Positions 51,744 through 52,911 of a DNA stretch of 52,911 nt are shown here, one piece after another. Position 1 is the first letter of the stretch, and the number at the start of each line of letters is the position of its first letter. The position numbers and the translations under genes were made by a program. This stretch comes from a virus (Duplodnaviria; Caudoviricetes), in IMG/VR virus record IMGVR_UViG_3300032242_000759, positions 1-52,911 of that record; one strand, 5' to 3'. The notes under the pieces are model-generated. The model worked only from the letters and a program-made list of their open reading frames with translations, did no database searches and was not told where the DNA came from.

Positions 51744-51998
51744 ATGGCTCTCGAAGAAAAAACATTTATCTCGTCATTTGATTGTTTACCAACTGGAGCA
51801 ATCAGTGTTCGCAAAACAACCCAAGTCTTAAAAGACGGAGCAATTATTTCAGAAACTTATTGGCGTACTATTTTAGGAATCAATGACCCTCAAGCATCTG
51901 CTGTGCTTGACGAACCGTATTACGCCACGATTGCGGCATCTGCTTGGTCGATGACACCTCCAAGCCCAATACCCGTGCCACCTTCGCAAGGAGCCTAA
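51744..51998 (+). CDS. Tail fibre-associated small protein / chaperone
   Basis: G.I.VR....KDG..IS..Y.R; AAGGA SD. Confidence 0.65.
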   Translation: MALEEKTFISSFDCLPTGAISVRKTTQVLKDGAIISETYWRTILGINDPQASAVLDEPYYATIAASAWSMTPPSPIPVPPSQGA

Positions 51999-52000
51999 TC

Positions 52001-52357
52001 ATGTCAGCAACTATTACTTGGGTCATCGAATGGATGCAAGCGTCCACCGCCGAAATCAACGGTCATTCTGAGGTTGTTCTAACCGCAGGCTGGCGCTGTA
52101 ACGGCACGGAAACAACAGGCACTCCTGAAGTGACCTACAACGCAACGTCTTACGGCTCTGCCTCATTTCCTCAGCCAGCAGAAGGCGGCGCGTTCACGCC
52201 CTACGCTTCGCTGACACAGGCGCAAGTTTTGGGCTGGTGCTGGAACAATGGCGTTGACCAATTTACAACTGAAGCGGCTGTTGTCAACCAACTTGACAAC
52301 CAAATCAACCCACCAGTGGTGCAACCGCCCTTGCCTTGGGCAACACCTGCGGCATAA
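52001..52357 (+). CDS. Tail fibre-associated protein
   Basis: AAGGAG SD; FTPYA.LTQ.QVLGW...INPP...LPW. Confidence 0.7.
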   Translation: MSATITWVIEWMQASTAEINGHSEVVLTAGWRCNGTETTGTPEVTYNATSYGSASFPQPAEGGAFTPYASLTQAQVLGWCWNNGVDQFTTEAAVVNQLDNQINPPVVQPPLPWATPAA

Positions 52358-52412
52358 TTGAAAAAGGGAAGCCACCACCCTATCTTGGTGGCAATTTTCA
52401 TGGAGATGAAAA

Positions 52413-52577
52413 ATGGATGAAATTAAACTGAAAACCGATCTGGTTAACGCAATTCTTCAATATTTGGGCAACCAAAAATTTATTGATGTTGCTCAACTGA
52501 TTCAAGCAATTCAACAGCAAGCGTCGGCACAAGGCGCACAGCCTGCTGCCGCGCCTGAAGCACCAGCGGCTGAATAA
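52413..52577 (+). CDS. 54-aa protein (not in the ORF track)
   Basis: GGAG SD; LVNAILQYLG..F.DVAQLIQAIQQQA. Confidence 0.7.
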   Translation: MDEIKLKTDLVNAILQYLGNQKFIDVAQLIQAIQQQASAQGAQPAAAPEAPAAE

Positions 52578-52601
52578 GCCAAGTTGAGCGGAGATTGATG
52601 A

Positions 52602-52817
52602 ATGGAAGACACTCACGAACTTGCCACTGAAACCGACAAGAGGTTGAGTGTTCATGAAGCAATCTGCGCTCAACGCTATGAGGGCATACAAGCCCGTTTT
52701 GATGATGGTTCCAAGCGCATGACCAAGATCGAGTACTTGCTGTACGTAGTGATCGCGGCTGTGTTGCTTGGCCCCGGATTTGCCGCAGAATTTGTGAAAA
52801 AAATATTGGGGTTGTAA
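52602..52817 (+). CDS. Small coiled-coil plus TM protein (haemolysin XhlA-like, lysis region)
   Basis: HEA.CA.RY..I..R...G..RM.KIE followed by a TM segment. Confidence 0.7.
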   Translation: MEDTHELATETDKRLSVHEAICAQRYEGIQARFDDGSKRMTKIEYLLYVVIAAVLLGPGFAAEFVKKILGL

Positions 52818-52911
52818 ATGAATCTCGCTGACGTACTCAAGGCCTTGTTGCCAATACTGGTGGCCTGCATAGGCTGGCTCTTGAGTGAAGTCAGTTCTTT
52901 TCAGACACGCC
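52789..52911 (+). repeat. 123-bp direct terminal repeat, right copy
   Basis: Identical to 1-123. Confidence 0.97.

Noticed and set aside
52789-52911. 123-bp repeat as a physical T7-like terminal repeat
   Set aside because: It falls mid-operon across coding sequence and is most simply an assembly overlap of a circular contig.

Overview
The window is one apparently complete, circularly permuted dsDNA tailed-phage genome (Caudoviricetes, podovirus-type architecture). The unit length is about 52,788 bp, because bases 1-123 recur at 52789-52911. Gene order: lysis (30-1215); tail adaptor, fibre and nozzle (1259-5587); a translationally coupled acyl-carrier-protein / ketosynthase / putative acyltransferase cassette (5584-7413); four large internal-virion (ejection) genes, the first two extremely Cys-rich (7415-15043); a short leftward recombination operon (15188-17458); a rightward regulation and replication block (Cro-like HTH, ParB-like protein, SF2 helicase, TOPRIM primase, C4-like RNA, 2OG-Fe(II) oxygenase, RuvC, HNH-like protein); small early genes behind repeated operator-promoter units; then terminase, accessory cargo genes, portal, GroES-like protein, scaffold, capsid, and neck and tail-fibre genes. 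I found no integrase, CI-type repressor, DNA polymerase, tRNA, CRISPR array or reverse transcriptase. The most notable candidate system is the ACP-KS-acyltransferase cassette fused into the operon directly upstream of an N-terminal-Gly, poly-Cys ejection protein that carries nine tandem TonB-box-like repeats, which suggests phage-encoded lipidation of the DNA-ejection machinery. Also notable: a recurrent x-[AK]-x-G-G motif shared by many late proteins, a parS-like 17-bp palindrome (4 copies, one inside the ParB-like gene), and an operator family sitting in 19-bp-spacer promoters. All functional calls come from motif recognition and gene context by eye; no database searches were run. A freshwater betaproteobacterial host is only my impression.
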